Positions 29,940-44,515 are shown, counted from the stretch's first letter. The stretch is DNA of 64,000 bases from Eledone cirrhosa (GCA_964016885.1 OZ024740.1:327980001-328044000); one strand, 5' to 3'. The notes: a model not told the origin generated them from the letters alone. Numbers and translations are program-made.

Positions 29940-31000
29940 GAGAAGCATTGAAATGTACATTAACCACAATAAAATATATAATGGTCATGCAATAGCTAGA
30001 TTTGTCTATTTGGACTTCATAAGTATATTTCACTAGCAAGTCCTAAAAATAACAATAATTGTAAACTTCTTAGATAGTGCTGTTAACTTAGACAGGTAAA
30101 CATATAATAACCAACCCTAACCCTAACCCTAACACTGCATCATATCATCTAAACATATTTTAAAAAATAAATCTATTTGATAACATTAGCAGAATAATTT
30201 CTAACTCTTTGCAAATATATATTTGATAAAGCGGCTCCTTATTACATTAGGGCCTAAGCAAATGGTTGTTTCAATGATAAAATGAATATGCCTAACCACC
30301 TCTGCCGAACAGAGAAAAGGTCTCACAATATTATCTGGTTCACTCTCCTATACCCATCATAGGTAAAAACCAAGATAAGTTAAAAGTTTCCTGGCACTAG
30401 CAAATAAATACTTCCATGTCTATCACATTTACAAAAAACTATTAACAGAAGCTGTCTGAAGTTAAGTTATTGTTGAAAACATAGAGAAACCATAATTCAC
30501 AAACTATCATGATCAACAAAGACATCATACGTATGCAAATACACTGAGGCCTGTCCGCAAAACCTACCTTACAACGAGAGAGAAGTGAATGAAGGAGAGG
30601 TTATTTCTACAAATTCAAACAAACCACTCAGATGTAAATACTATATAGGAATGCTAGAACGAATATTCAAGCAACGTTACGCTAACCACAATGATTCCTA
30701 AGCATGTATACAACAGAAAAACCACAGCTTTGTTTAATCACATAAAGTGGCTGAAAGAGAACAACTTTCAAATAAAATAAAAAAAGATGTCGTGGAGAAA
30801 CCCACACAAATAGGCAAGCCGATATCATATATCGACTGTGAGGAAGAGCGAGCTTGGAGGCTCACCAAAATATTTAAATACAAATAAATATTGTTTCTTT
30901 GGTAGATGACGTTTGAAATTTTGGAGCTGCTTTTTCCACCAGACAAAACAGATCTGGGCAATAACAAAAGGCTGGTTGCAAACATGTAAAATTGATTCTA
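29940..31000 (+). pseudogene. Degraded Penelope-like element, RT C-terminus/linker and GIY-YIG region
   Basis: Translated remnants NIIWF (30327), NRSCLKLSYC and YYIGMLERIFKQRYANH (30639-30689). Confidence 0.7.
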
Positions 31001-31871
31001 TATCATATTTAATGTAACCGGACCTTTCACCAACTCTTATGGTTACAAAATTAAGAAGCTCATATGGAACATCCTACACAACCCCGGATATAGCTATCAT
31101 AATCACATATGACCCTATCTGCTTCTCTTTCAATTCATTATTACTTCCTTCTTTCATTACCGCATATTTTCTGAGAAACTTACATACTTATATATTTTTT
31201 TTATGAATTATAAGTTATATTGATATATATAGATTAACTCTGAGATTTGCCACCCAGCATTTCTGAGATAAGCAACTTACTAGCTTAGAAGTAAATTATC
31301 CCCCTCTTACATTATGTTGCACCTGACAGGAAGCAGACACTTCCAAAATGGCCACTTAAAGGACTACACGTGTGTAATCTGATCGTCTGAGGATTCTTTC
31401 GTAGGTCACTTATATCTCTCTCAGCAATATTATGAAAATATTTGGTGAAACTCCATGTAATGACAAAGTACACACACAATCACATTGGATATATCACATA
31501 CACACACGCACACATATCACATACACACACGTGTGATATAGGTGCAAGCATATATATGTGTTTAATAAATTCGATTTACAACTACGTGCGTTCATGTTCA
31601 GCTCCAATCTGTGGAGGAGCAAACTCTAGATTTCCAACGTATATATGTTTTGCATGTTTGTGTTTGTATCTGTGTGTGTGTGCGTGCATGTGAGTGTATG
31701 TGTGTGTGTGTATATGCCTGTGTGTTTGAGTCTGCGTGTGATGTTTATTTCTGGTTTAACAAATAGAAGTGTCAAGAATAAGTAGCGACCTTGAAAAATT
31801 AGTAAAGGTATTGATATGTTCAACTAAAAATCCTTCAGTTTGACCGACGTCTAATGATTAAACAAGTAAAA

Positions 31872-31986
<115 letters not shown>

Positions 31987-32121
31987 AAGAGATAGAGAGA
32001 ACGAAAGGAAAATTCCAAACTTAAAACTGACAAAAAAGGAGTGTTCCATAAATATGTTAGGTGCGATAAAAACTGAGTAACTGAATGGCGAGTTTGATAT
32101 TTGTAAAGGGATTATTCTTTA

Positions 32122-32207
<86 letters not shown>

Positions 32208-32438
32208 TAGGAGTTTTTTTCAAACACATGTTTGGAAGCACAGATATGAAGGGTTATGTGACGTTCATGATTTTTAGGGGACACTAGCAATTTAGGGGAA
32301 ATTAAATACTTTCATATATCGGCTCATATACGTTGCTGAAGAGGCCTGAAGAAGATGTAAATATTCTCTGAGTTGTCTTTAGTACGTGCTGAAAAATGAA
32401 ATTTACTCCAATCTTTGAAAAGAATCGTCTATTTTTTC

Positions 32439-32519
<81 letters not shown>

Positions 32520-32661
32520 AAAGAATAGACGATACTTTGAGATGCAATTTAGGCAGTATTAGGCTGCGCTTTCTAGCAACCAGCCAACTCGCCGTAAGGC
32601 ACCAATCACATTCTTTTTGACTTGACCACTGCCACGTCACAGTTCTTAGCCATTTTGAATT

Positions 32662-33083
32662 CGTTTCTGGCGGGGATCATTTAAGAAAAATCTCGTCCAA
32701 GTGAGTTTGTTTCCTGATGATTTCTAAACTCGTGAATTTATCCTTGATCGGATATTTCCAAAAAGCGAATGAAACCTCATGGGGTAGAAACATAATTTTG
32801 GTATGCTTATATACTTTTTTTCTTCTAAATTTGATTTTATACCTAATTGTGTATGGTTGACGATATATTTAATCGATTTCCAGGTGCTATTAGAAATGGT
32901 GGGTAAATATTCTATAGCTGTTGATCGCGGATAGATAGCTGTCGTTTATTTATCTATTATTTCTTCATAGGTGCCTTTTAATCTTATAGCCTTGTTTAAT
33001 TTTTTTTTTTTGTGTGGTTGATTATGATGATTGGGAGAGGAAATGATGTATATATTTTATCAAATGATTCTATGGACATACTT
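32662..33083 (+). mobile_element. About 420-bp HHR-bearing element ending in (TA)n; second copy at 62314-62734
   Basis: Collinear homology between the two loci, both running into (TA)n. Confidence 0.8.
32708..32792 (+). ncRNA. Type I hammerhead ribozyme with long stem-loop II
   Basis: tgtttc-CTGATGA-t ttc...gaa t-GAAA-cct catg ggg-TA-gaaaca. Confidence 0.85.
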
Positions 33084-33084
33084 T

Positions 33085-33201
<117 letters not shown>

Positions 33202-33254
33202 GTGTGTATATATATATATATATATGTGTGTATATATATATATATATGTGTGTA

Positions 33255-33288
<34 letters not shown>

Positions 33289-33327
33289 CATACACATTAT
33301 ACACACACACACACATATATATATGTA

Positions 33328-33456
<129 letters not shown>

Positions 33457-34039
33457 AAAAATTGAACGGGAACAAAACAGAGAGGCAGTACGAATAAAGG
33501 TTTATTAGTTTCACGCTCTTGAGAGTGATGTATATATATATATATATATCTATCTATCTATATATGTGTGTATATGTGTGTGTGTATGTGTCTAGTCAGC
33601 TTTGTTAATGTTTCCTGCAAAAGATATGTTAATACTAACTCACCACGAGCATCAATCTTTCTACATCTACACTTAAATTAACAACATATATTTCTGTATT
33701 TTCTCTATGATAAGACAGGACTTTGCGGTGTTTAACATATTTATTTTAGCAGGCGTTGTTATACATGCAGTAACTCAGTAGACCATAACTAATCAGTCTA
33801 CAGCAAGGTTTAATGATTAGGGCTTGTGAACGACTACATGAACATTGTAATACAGTTAATCTAAATTAATTGTTTGATTAGTGAGTCCAAATGATAACTA
33901 ATGAAATAGCTAAGCCGATTTCGAACCGAAAAGAAAAGACCAGAAATATTTTATCGAAAGCAACCCTGGTTATTTCTACTTCTTAGGCGTAGTTCACAAA
34001 TTAAACAAATATTTCTAGTAGATTATATATATATATAAA

Positions 34040-34345
34040 AAATTCGGGACCCTGACGGGTGAGCTCCTGCTGTTTCAACAGCTATATTCGAACCCGATCC
34101 GAACTCGGATCTAGCTGTTGAAAAAAAGGCAGGAGCTCAGCCGTCGGGGTCTCAATTTTTTCATATTACCCACTCTACTGCCCCAAGTATCGAGTGGTCT
34201 AACTGGCTTTTACCGCTTCCATTCTGAGCTAAATATATATATAACAAAGAAAGTGTGGTAAGGAACCAGGTGGACTATAACGCACCGCACCAGAGTACTC
34301 GATACTTAGGGTAGTAGAGTGGGTAATAGGAAAAGACTCAGGCTC
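34040..34345. mobile_element. Rearranged/inverted copies of the 26182 family
   Basis: gagctcagccgtcggggtc and gtggtaaggaaccaggtggac segments in both orientations between TA runs. Confidence 0.7.
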
Positions 34346-34460
34346 TCGACGGCTATATATATATATATATATATATATATACTATATAATATTTTGAGAA
34401 TAAGCTCTCAGTCCTTTACAATAATTAAGCTCCAGGAAAGGGTCATTTCCGAGCAGTTAA

Positions 34461-35166
34461 ATACATTAAAATATATGATAAACACAAAACGTGTTTGCAT
34501 TGCAACAGACAGTCAGCTATTAATGAAATAAACTAATTAAAGTGAATATAAGTCAATAAAGACAATCTTATATTGGCAACTGCCATGATTCCTGGACAGA
34601 TTTAAATTTCAAAATCCAAACCTGTTCTGTAGACGAATTTGAACCTCGAAACCTAAATCCGTTTCGCAATGGTGGTATGTGAATTTAAAAAATAAAGAGA
34701 ATCGAAATGGAATTGAAATAAAAAGTGAAATATCCAAATCTTCTGTGCATATCAACAGGAATTCAGTAGAAATTAGTACATTTCACATACACGTGTAGTC
34801 AGACTTGCAAAATTTTTTGATGTGAAATGTACTAATTTCTACTGGATTCCTGTTGATATGCACAGAAGATTTGGATATTTCACTTTTTATTTCAATTCCA
34901 TTTCGATTCTCTTTATTTTTTAAATTCACATACCACCATTGCGAAACGGATTTAGGTTTCGAGGTTCAAATTCGTCTACAGAACAGGTTTGGATTTTGAA
35001 ATTTAAATCTGTCCAGGAATCATGGCAGTTGCCAATATAAGATTGTCTTTATTGACTTATATCGAGACAGACAAATTGTATTCACTTTAATTAGTTTATT
35101 TCATTAATAGCTGACTGTCTGTTGCAATGCAAACACGTTTTGTGTTTATCATATATTTTAATGTAT
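34461..35166. repeat. Long near-perfect inverted repeat (arms 34461-34788 and 34820-35166)
   Basis: About 330-bp arms, 31-bp spacer, right arm has a short extra segment; ends in (TA)n. Confidence 0.9.
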
Positions 35167-38100
35167 ATATATATATATATATATTTATACATACGTACAC
35201 ACTCACACAGAAAGCAATTTTCTCTGTTGCATTTAATATATTTCATGAATGTTTATCTACGAAGTAAAATAAGACGAATTAACTGTTAGATGTCAGTATT
35301 TGATAAAGTGCCAATGAAGATAGCAAACAGAAGGCGATCCAAATTGTAATGCCAATCTTCAGGTGCAGATTTGGAAGTTTTTCTCTTAATCCATTCTTTC
35401 CCCGTGTAGAAATAGTTAATAAATCTTTCATATAATATTGAAAGACAAAGAAAATGGAGGGGCTTGTTGATTAAAAAAATAATATAGATATAAGTGCGAG
35501 TCTAGCGAGCTGGAGTGGTTGTCCCAACGTGTCTCTCTTGTCGTCTTACAGAACAATGTATTCTCCAGAGTAAGTTAGTTGGAGATGGAGGATACTGGTT
35601 CGGACGTCACATTTAAAGAAACATACTCAGCTCCTTGCATATACTAGAAAATAGCCTTTAACCTTCTCATGACTGCATTTCTAATGAAATACAGTCTATT
35701 TCAATTAATTAATGAAAAATTTTGAGGATTTTACTGAAATTATTAATTGTTTCATTACTAAGATAATAAATTAATGTAAGGTTCATATATAAAACTATGT
35801 TGGAAGACTTAAATTTAAATCTTTAAAATGGGTGGCTTTTATTAAATTTAAACCTTTAAAATGGGTGGCTTTTATTTCATAGAACCAGAACCTGTTTTGG
35901 TCATATTGATAACAAAAGTGTTAATTCTAAAAAATATAAATATAGACTTTTTCATTACGCCAGAAATGATTTTGAGACATTTTGTTTCAAACAGAATAAA
36001 CTATTTGTCTAAAAAAAGGTTAATCAATGTTTGTAAACAGAAAGAAGAGTATTTTAAATATGAAATTCAATGCCATGAAACTTGATTTCTCTTTAACCCT
36101 TTCGTTACCATATGTTATATCAAACAGCTTTGTATTAAAGAACCCGGGCGGTCACGGGTGGTTTGATATCAAATGTATTAAGAACGAAGTTTCTATAATG
36201 TAAGGCTGGTTCAACCATGTCACATTCTGTCAGCTGCTTACACGTTAGTTTCAAGTGTAGAATTCAGTTGATCCATCACTTGAATACTCATCATCGAAAC
36301 CTACGATAAATACGTCACCACAATTGAAAATGCTGATAATGTACAATGTTTTGATGCGCATCGCAAAGTAGCCAGCCTGTTTTTTTATTATAAACATATG
36401 TAACTCCTATATATGTAACACCATTTTTTTAGTATAAAGGGATTTACGAAGATTGGTTCATAACTATTATTGTTTGTAAGTTGAGCTTTCATTAGCCGGA
36501 GGCTGCTTATATTGAACTTGTATTTATTTTATCAATTTCGGCGGATGAAAGACAATGTCGAACTCGGCGAGATTAGAACTTAGAAGGCAAAGGGTATTGT
36601 GTCTACCACTCTACCGTTTCTGACAAACTACCGTATTAGCTCTTCTAGTAATATTCTCACTAATGGTGCTATCCATGGCTTTTCGGTTACAGAAGATGCT
36701 AAATACAATGTTGGAGTTTATAAGAACAGTACTAAGTAATTCACATATCCCATTTACTATCATATGCGTATTTATTTTGATGAAAAAAACAAAAAAACAT
36801 AACAGCCTATCAGTTGTATTGCAGATTAACATTATAATTGGGTGAAATCACACCCTCTACCCCTCTACCTCATCTCACTTTTGGTTCATTGTGCCGCTTC
36901 GTAATGTTCATTTTGAGTCCTTGAGTTTGAGACCCCCTTTTGTGAAGGATAGCTTGGAGAGAGGCTAAATAGATGTGTAAATATAATATAAAGTTATCTT
37001 ATAGTTTCTAGGTAAGGGATTCATATCCATTGTAGTTATTTCACATTTTTTAAATAACCAGGACATGTAATTCTAAACACCGCGTTGTAAAATATGTAGT
37101 ATAGCAGTAGAAAAAGACATTTGTAATAGATTGACATTCCTTCCAGGTGGAGTTTATCCCCTATTTGCTTAAAAGTGTAGAATTTAAACACCAGCTGCAC
37201 TTTCAAACAGAACATATTAGAAATACATTATAGTGGGATTCCTAGGCAAAAAAGAAGCTTTTACTTGTACTCTAACTCGATGTACATTAATTTGATGAGT
37301 TAATGGACAGGTCACACACATATGTGGGTATTTATAAGTGTGTGGGGATGAGGGTAGAGGAAAGCAAGCCGGTCATTATTACCAGATGATACTGCACTGT
37401 TTAAACGGAAGACTAACGCGAAAAAGCCTCCAGATGTACATTGGAGTAGCTCAGAGAACTGTGTAGAGGGCTATAAGCTTGATCACCCAACCCTCCTTGT
37501 CCGAGAACAGGACACATCCTTCACCATCGTTTATTTTGTTCATCTCATCTTCACATCTACCATCTAATATACCTCTGTCAAATTCTTCCCTCAACGTGAT
37601 TCTCAGCCAATGACGACGCTCACCAGTTCTGAATGAACCAGCACTAGTCTTCTAAGAAACACTTTTTAGATAAATTAATGTATCATTTTAGTCTACAGGA
37701 CTAGAACTGTTTCATTCAAAAGAAATCACCAGGCGAGTCGACTGTCCTTGTAAAACAGTTGTATTTTTACGTTTTCTGGTGGTTGGGGAAGCTGGTGATT
37801 TTGTAGATGGGTGGAGGTCATTGGTCAAGGGATAGTTGTATTTAGATGAGTACCTTACTAACTGTGTGTGCATGTATGTATCCGTTCTGTGTTTACATTT
37901 ACAATAACCGGCACTGTTTATTTACGTTCCACAACATAGCGGTGCAATAAATAAAGATCGATAACATAAGTTCTGGGGTCGATATGATCAACTAAGACTA
38001 AACCTGTGAAAACGGCGTGCCCCAGCATGGCTGCTGTCTAATGAATGAAACCAATATAATAATAAATGAATGAAAAATAAATAAATAAATAAAACATGCG

Positions 38101-38446
38101 GTGAAAAAATGCCATTTAAGATATTTGTTTCTATCTAACTTGTTAGTTTCTGACGTCAGTATAAAAACATGGGAACATTAAGGTGGCATGTTGCTGTTTC
38201 TCTTACCTACAGGTGATAATAATGGGTTTTTAAGTAGGCTGGCTCAGCGTGGTTTATTTGTGTCCGACAAAATAGTGGGGGTGATAGGGCGTCACACATA
38301 GACACGTAGAGGCATAGATGTGGAATGTTTACAGTCATAACACCACACATGTCATATAAACTCACACTCACATATATATGTGTATATCTGTCTATCTAAA
38401 GACACTCACACATACACAAACACACAACATATATATGTATATATAT

Positions 38447-38522
<76 letters not shown>

Positions 38523-38591
38523 CTATTGTCTTAAATTCCGTTAATGTAAGAGTAAAAGGAATGAAGTGTGAAATACATACATGCATACACA

Positions 38592-38630
<39 letters not shown>

Positions 38631-40431
38631 CTATATATGTGTGAGCGTGGGTGTGAGTAATGTAAGGGTATAAAGAATGAGGAGTGAAATACACACACAC
38701 ACAGACATATATACATGTAGATACACAGAATGATACACATACATGACAGCTGATGCATATACTGACACCCGTATGCATATCAGCCGAACAGTTAATTAGA
38801 AGGGGTATGGGTGAGTGATACACCGACTTACTGATACATACACGCACACATAATGACTAACATTCACATGTGCACACATACAAGCGTGTTAACACTTCTA
38901 CATGCATACAGGCACCCAAACACGCGCCAGTTGTATAGTTATTTATATGGGTGTGTGGAGGAGCGTTGCATAAACACACATTCAGAGACAGTACACATAT
39001 AGACATATGCACACAGAGGCGCATTAGCACACACACACAGAAACAGATTCAAAAGAGGATATACACATGCGAGACGTGCATTTATTTATGCAAGAGCTGT
39101 GGAATGGTACTTACATAACAACACAGACGCAAAGACTCGCCAAACGAGCAGCTATTATCTCATATTTTATTTAGAAAGATGATAAAGTTAAGATAGGCTG
39201 TTAAATAGTTAAATGTACCGTGTAACGATTGATATAGCTGACTGCCTTGTTAGGATAGAAGCCAAACAACTAAAGTGTAAACCAATTCGCATCCCACCAA
39301 CAGCCTACGGGATGCTTCCAATATTGAATTTTTGCTACCCCAGTGAAGACTTTCATTTTTATGGTGTGCGATCTAAAACCAGTAGTGTTTTACCGAAGTT
39401 ATTGCAAAAAGGCTGGCGTCATCACAATCTTTCCTTTCCGTAATGGTAAACCCCATCTTGACTGCGAACTGCAGTGATATTATCTCTAGAAGCAACTTGT
39501 TGAATTCAGCATCACACCCTGACTCCGTTGCCTAACAAGCTGAAGATAACAAAGGGGTCAAGTACTGATCGTTCTCCGACTGGTTTATCATCGAAACCAT
39601 AGTGATTAAAATATATAGCGTCCTGGGTCGCCGAACTATCTCTTTACTTTCTGCGATTGAGATGGAGGTGACCAGTTGCAAGTTAGACTGATGCTTTCAA
39701 AACACCTCTTTCGCTAGTCTCTAAAGTCTCACTATTCAGTCTGCCAGGACCACGAAGAAACATTTGATGATTCGCATCGATAGACTTATTAACAGAGTCA
39801 AATAAACAGATGGCTTCATATATTAGTAAATACTTAATTATCAAGTAGGTCTTCTTTCATTAAGTTTTTCTTGAGGTATTTAACATTAATCTTTTATACA
39901 AGCATAGGTTAGACTAGCGAAATTACTCATTTTAAAAATAAAGTCGACACTCCCTCCATTCAACAACAACGGAGACTGTTTTGTAAGTAGTGGCATTTTA
40001 TGTGCGTGTCTGTGCCTCTAAACATTAATTTACGAAAGTAAGTCTTCAATTATGAGATTAACACAGGCTCAAACCAATATGTCTATAAAATTCGTCCTAA
40101 CCTCAAAATGCATTCTATAGAAATCTGCCAAAATTCTCAGAATATTCTGAAAAAAATGTTTTTCCACGCACACCCTCATTTATCAAGGTAAAGTTTTTTA
40201 AGTGTCACGTGATCAGAACTAAGAGGTAAATATGTGCAAGAGATAGGCTTAAAAAAAAAAAGACGCGAGACCAGTCACCTGAAGACCAGACACGCGAAAC
40301 ACAGTCTGGGGACTTAAAGACACAACTTTGAATCTTTGAATATATATCATTCAATTCTACCCAACAGTATTGAATACCTTTTCAGTTAATTGCATTTCAC
40401 ATCAGTGAGAAATTGCTATCCACAATGTATA

Positions 40432-40600
40432 TACCGTATTTCCAGGTGTAGAAGGCGCTACTTTTTCCCTAAAATAAATCTCAAAAATCTACCATGCGTC
40501 CTGGGAGCCGAAGGTTGTTTATTATTTTTTTCAAATATTTGGTTGTCAAAATTAGGGTGCGTCTTCGAGGACGAAGCGTCTTCGGCGCCGGGAAATATAT
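40432..40600. mobile_element. TACCGTA-type Tc1/mariner-like MITE
   Basis: taccgtatttccaggtgtagaaggcgc ... gcgtcttcggcgccgggaaata; related fragments near 6790-6900 and 7220-7300. Confidence 0.5.
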
Positions 40601-40725
40601 ATATAACGAAGGAAGTGTGGTAAGGAACCAGGTGGACCATAACGCACCAGAGTACTCAATAGTAGTAGAGTGGGTAATAGGAAAATGTTATATATATATA
40701 TAGATATATATATATATATATATAT

Positions 40726-40946
40726 ATATTGTTATACTTTGGGAGGGTCATGTTGCCAATAAGAAACACACGCACCAGTTGCTTTCACTTTAATTTATTA
40801 TATATTTATAAATTTACAAATCTACAAACTTATAAATTTCTGGTTGGTGTGTTTCTTATTGGCAACATGACCCTCCCAAAGTATAACAATATCGGTTTCA
40901 ACACACGATTTCAGATAAAGAATCTTGCTAAACAAATTCAGAAACG

Positions 40947-40950
<4 letters not shown>
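40726..40950 (+). mobile_element. Short fold-back copy of the PLE pLTR 3' end, in (TA)n
   Basis: Nearly identical to 62896-62950 and 63880-63990. Confidence 0.85.
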
Positions 40951-41003
<53 letters not shown>

Positions 41004-41016
41004 ATTTTATAGAAGG

Positions 41017-41067
41017 AGCTTCTACAGGACTAGTACTGTTTCATTCAGATGAAATCTTCAGGAAGCT
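41017..41067 (-). ncRNA. Type I hammerhead ribozyme (mirror copy)
   Basis: Exact reverse complement of 41120-41170. Confidence 0.8.
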
Positions 41068-41119
41068 GGGTGTCATATTAAGTTCTGGTATATAAATACC
41101 AGAACTTAATATGACACCC

Positions 41120-41170
41120 AGCTTCCTGAAGATTTCATCTGAATGAAACAGTACTAGTCCTGTAGAAGCT
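41120..41170 (+). ncRNA. Type I hammerhead ribozyme
   Basis: agcttc-CTGAAGA-t ttc atct gaa t-GAAA-cag tactagtc ctg-TA-gaagct. Confidence 0.85.
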
Positions 41171-41243
41171 CCTTCTATAAAATAAAAAATTTTTACTCTG
41201 CCATGTATTACTGTGGTTATCCCCGACTCAACCCGGGACCTAC

Positions 41244-41326
<83 letters not shown>

Positions 41327-42412
41327 AACAAGGACAGGTTAGATTAGTGGAATTTATGTAATCATTCTTCAAACTACTTTAAGAAATGAAATCTGAAGCA
41401 AGTAGCCAAAAGAACGCTCAATAAGACTAATGTTTTGGAGCAGCATTATACCGTCTAATAGGCTAAACAGTACGTTGAAGCTTCAATATATGAACATATA
41501 TATATATAAATATCACCACGATCTGAATCGTGTTTCTGCGAACAGCCTAGTCTTGAAAAATATCTACCCAGTTGCGTTATCAGTCGCAACTGAATAACAG
41601 GACACTTAAATTATATATGAGTAACTTTCAAATTGCGTGTATCAAAATTTTGTGAAACTTCATAGATATTCAATTCGCATTTATTCAACGGTAGGTTAAT
41701 CCGCCAAAATGTATAAAAAAGCATTCATACGCATTACCACAGGTGCACTTGGGTATGTTACTAATTGTTTAATTTATAGTGTGGAAAAGCTGGCGTTTGA
41801 GACAACAGAGACAAGTTAATCTGTATTCGGCAAATTCATTCTTGAAGTGGGACTATAAAGGTCTGTTGGACTTTTATGAAATTCAAGATATTTTGTTGTA
41901 AACTAAATTCCAATGATAGAGCATTGTTTCTTGGTTAGACATCAGCCACTTCTTTACAACAAGAATTCAAAGAATTAGAAAATAAATATATATATATATA
42001 TTAAAATGAGGGTGGTTGTATTTAAAGATATGTATCTCCCTCAAAGATAAGCAACGCTTGACACTGGAAGAATACACATAAAAATCTTCTACATTTCTTC
42101 TCAACAAATACCAAAGGAAATATTTAGCATTTATTTAATTGGAATATTTTGTATTTTGGCCACAAATCATACATCATTGTTTCTTTTAGTTGGCAACTAG
42201 AATGTATAAGAAAACTATCTAGTTTTATGAGATAGTTTTGCTACATAAAGTTACTATAAGTTCCCCTAAAATGCACCTAAGTAAACATTGTAAAGCATTT
42301 TATCTGGTGTTCTATTGATTTTTAACATAAGCAGAAGAACAAATATTTTAGAAGGAGCGGCGAAGGGTTCAGTGGATTATATAGACTTGTCTGGTATTAT
42401 ATTTTTATCACA

Positions 42413-42615
42413 AGGGCGGTGGATTGGCAGAATCGGTTGAACATCGGACAATATGCTTAGAGGCATAGAGTTATGGCCCTTTACGTTCTAAGTTAAAATC
42501 CCACCGAGGTTAGCTTTGCCTTTCATCCTTACGAGGTCGATAAAATAAAGTACCAGTAATGCACTGGGGTAGATTTAATCGACTTTCCCTTTCCTCCAAC
42601 ATTGTTGGAAACCAT
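42413..42615 (+). mobile_element. SINE A variant
   Basis: Consensus match. Confidence 0.8.
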
Positions 42616-43507
42616 TATATTTTATCACGCGCCTAAGCTGATCATGGCAAAATTTGAACTCATAATGTAAAATAACTAAATACCCCAAAGCTTTTTGCTT
42701 GATTTTCTAACGATTCTGTCATTTAGTGACATTGATAATGTATAGTTAAAACAAAAGATACGCAAATCAAACAATGTATACCACATATATAAAATATAGA
42801 TGTTATGCACAATATATATACCGAGCTATATTCTGCTTAGAATATAATGCGTTGGTCTATTTCGAGTGTATATTGTAGGTGTGTAGTCGTTACAATTATA
42901 TTTTGTTTAAAGCAATGTGAGAAAATAATGAAGGGATAGCAAAATATCAAATTAGTTTAAAACAATAGTCGTCCTGTTGCTTGTTTAGACTTTAGGGCTG
43001 AATCGTATAGATATTTAAACAGAGAGATGGGCGTAGAGAGATGGAAAGATAGAATGATAGATAATACAATTAAGTTAAATTTAATTGAATCAACTAAGAA
43101 ATATCTGTAGACTTAGAGCCTTGTTACTTGATAGATTGTTAATGTTTTCGGTTGTTAGTTCTTTCGGATTTAAAATCCATCATCAGTATGTGTGTTTTTT
43201 TTTATATCCTGGCAAATTGTGTAGTTGGATACAGTCATATTTCGGTGATAGACTATATGTATTTCCATGAGTACAATTCACTCCAGCAGTTCAGGGAGGG
43301 ATTTAACTTATTAATAAAAGTTACTTAGGCAATCCAGATGTTTACGACATTGTGTATTCTGCTAAGACTTGTATTGATAAGCTTCCTCCAGACAATTCTC
43401 TGTGTAAGACCACTGCGCTGGGTTATGTTGTTTATAAAAATGTTCCGGTACTATGATGGGGTAGGCGTTTGCTAAACTCGATATAACATTCCGTGCATGT
43501 GCAATTG

Positions 43508-43592
<85 letters not shown>

Positions 43593-43593
43593 G

Positions 43594-43644
43594 GGCTTCC
43601 TGATGATTTCTCTCGAATGAAACAGTTCTAGTCCTGTAGAAGCC
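43594..43644 (+). ncRNA. Type I hammerhead ribozyme
   Basis: ggcttc-CTGATGA-t ttc tctc gaa t-GAAA-cag ttctagtc ctg-TA-gaagcc; helix I covaries with the 41120 copy. Confidence 0.85.
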
Positions 43645-43724
43645 ATTTCTATATTAAATATTTATACACTGCTATGTATTGAGTACCTTACTTACTGTGG
43701 TTACCCCCGATTGAACCCGGGATA

Positions 43725-43792
<68 letters not shown>

Positions 43793-44144
43793 TGTTGGTT
43801 TTCAAACATATTAGACAGATGCTGCTTGGCAAAGAGTTATTGGATCTGATCAAGCAGCGTCTGAGCAAACATGCTTTTTGTGTACTGTTGTGCAATAGAT
43901 ACTTTCTAAGTGTGGGCATATTAAACAAGCTAAAGCCCTATCTGAATCGCCGGAACGAAATGGACGCATGGAAACACATTTTGTGTATGTCCGACTTGTA
44001 ACAGAACCTGACTCATTGATTTTCCAGGATTTTGAATACAAAGGCACTAACAACTGGAAACATTAGCAACTTATCCTGAAACAAAGCTCAAAGACCACAT
44101 ATATTTGTTAGATGATTTAATTTAATCTAACTTAATGGCCTTAT

Positions 44145-44515
44145 TGGATTGGCAGTATCGGCAGAGGGTCGGACGCCATGCTTTGACGCATAGAGTTACG
44201 GCCCCTGCCATTCTGAGATCAAATCCCACCGAGGTTAACTCTGCCTTTCATCCTTACGGGGTCGATAGAATAAAGTACCAGTAATGCACTGGTGAATTGC
44301 TGGTCTTGTGCCAAAAGTAGAAACAATTATTGGATTCGCAGTATCGGCAGAGGGTCGGACGCCATGCTTTGCAGCATAGAGTTACGGCTCTTTACGGTTT
44401 GAGTTAAAATCCCGCCGAGGTTAACTTTGTCTTTCATCCTTACGGGGTCGATAAAATAAAGTACCAGTAATGCACTGGCGTAATTGCTGGGCTTATGCCA
44501 AAAATAGAATCGATT
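44145..44515 (+). mobile_element. Two head-to-tail SINE A copies
   Basis: Two consecutive consensus matches joined at aattat. Confidence 0.85.

Larger units (their letters stand above)
41000..41241. mobile_element. Perfect palindrome (41000-41187) carrying an HHR on each strand, in (TA)n
   Basis: About 92-bp arms, 4-nt loop at 41092-41095; 3' end ttactgtggttatccccgactcaacccggga. Confidence 0.85.

Noticed and set aside
30113-30133. (CCCTAA)3 telomere-like repeat within a PLE remnant
   Set aside because: Only three units; too short to support telomere association.
32330-32400. CTGAAGA-ggcc motif
   Set aside because: No downstream helix II complement with GAAA.
33494-33530. Minus-strand GAAA-ctaataaa..tttattcg-TA half motif between TA runs
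   Set aside because: Only a 3' half with a mismatch, single copy; insufficient evidence.
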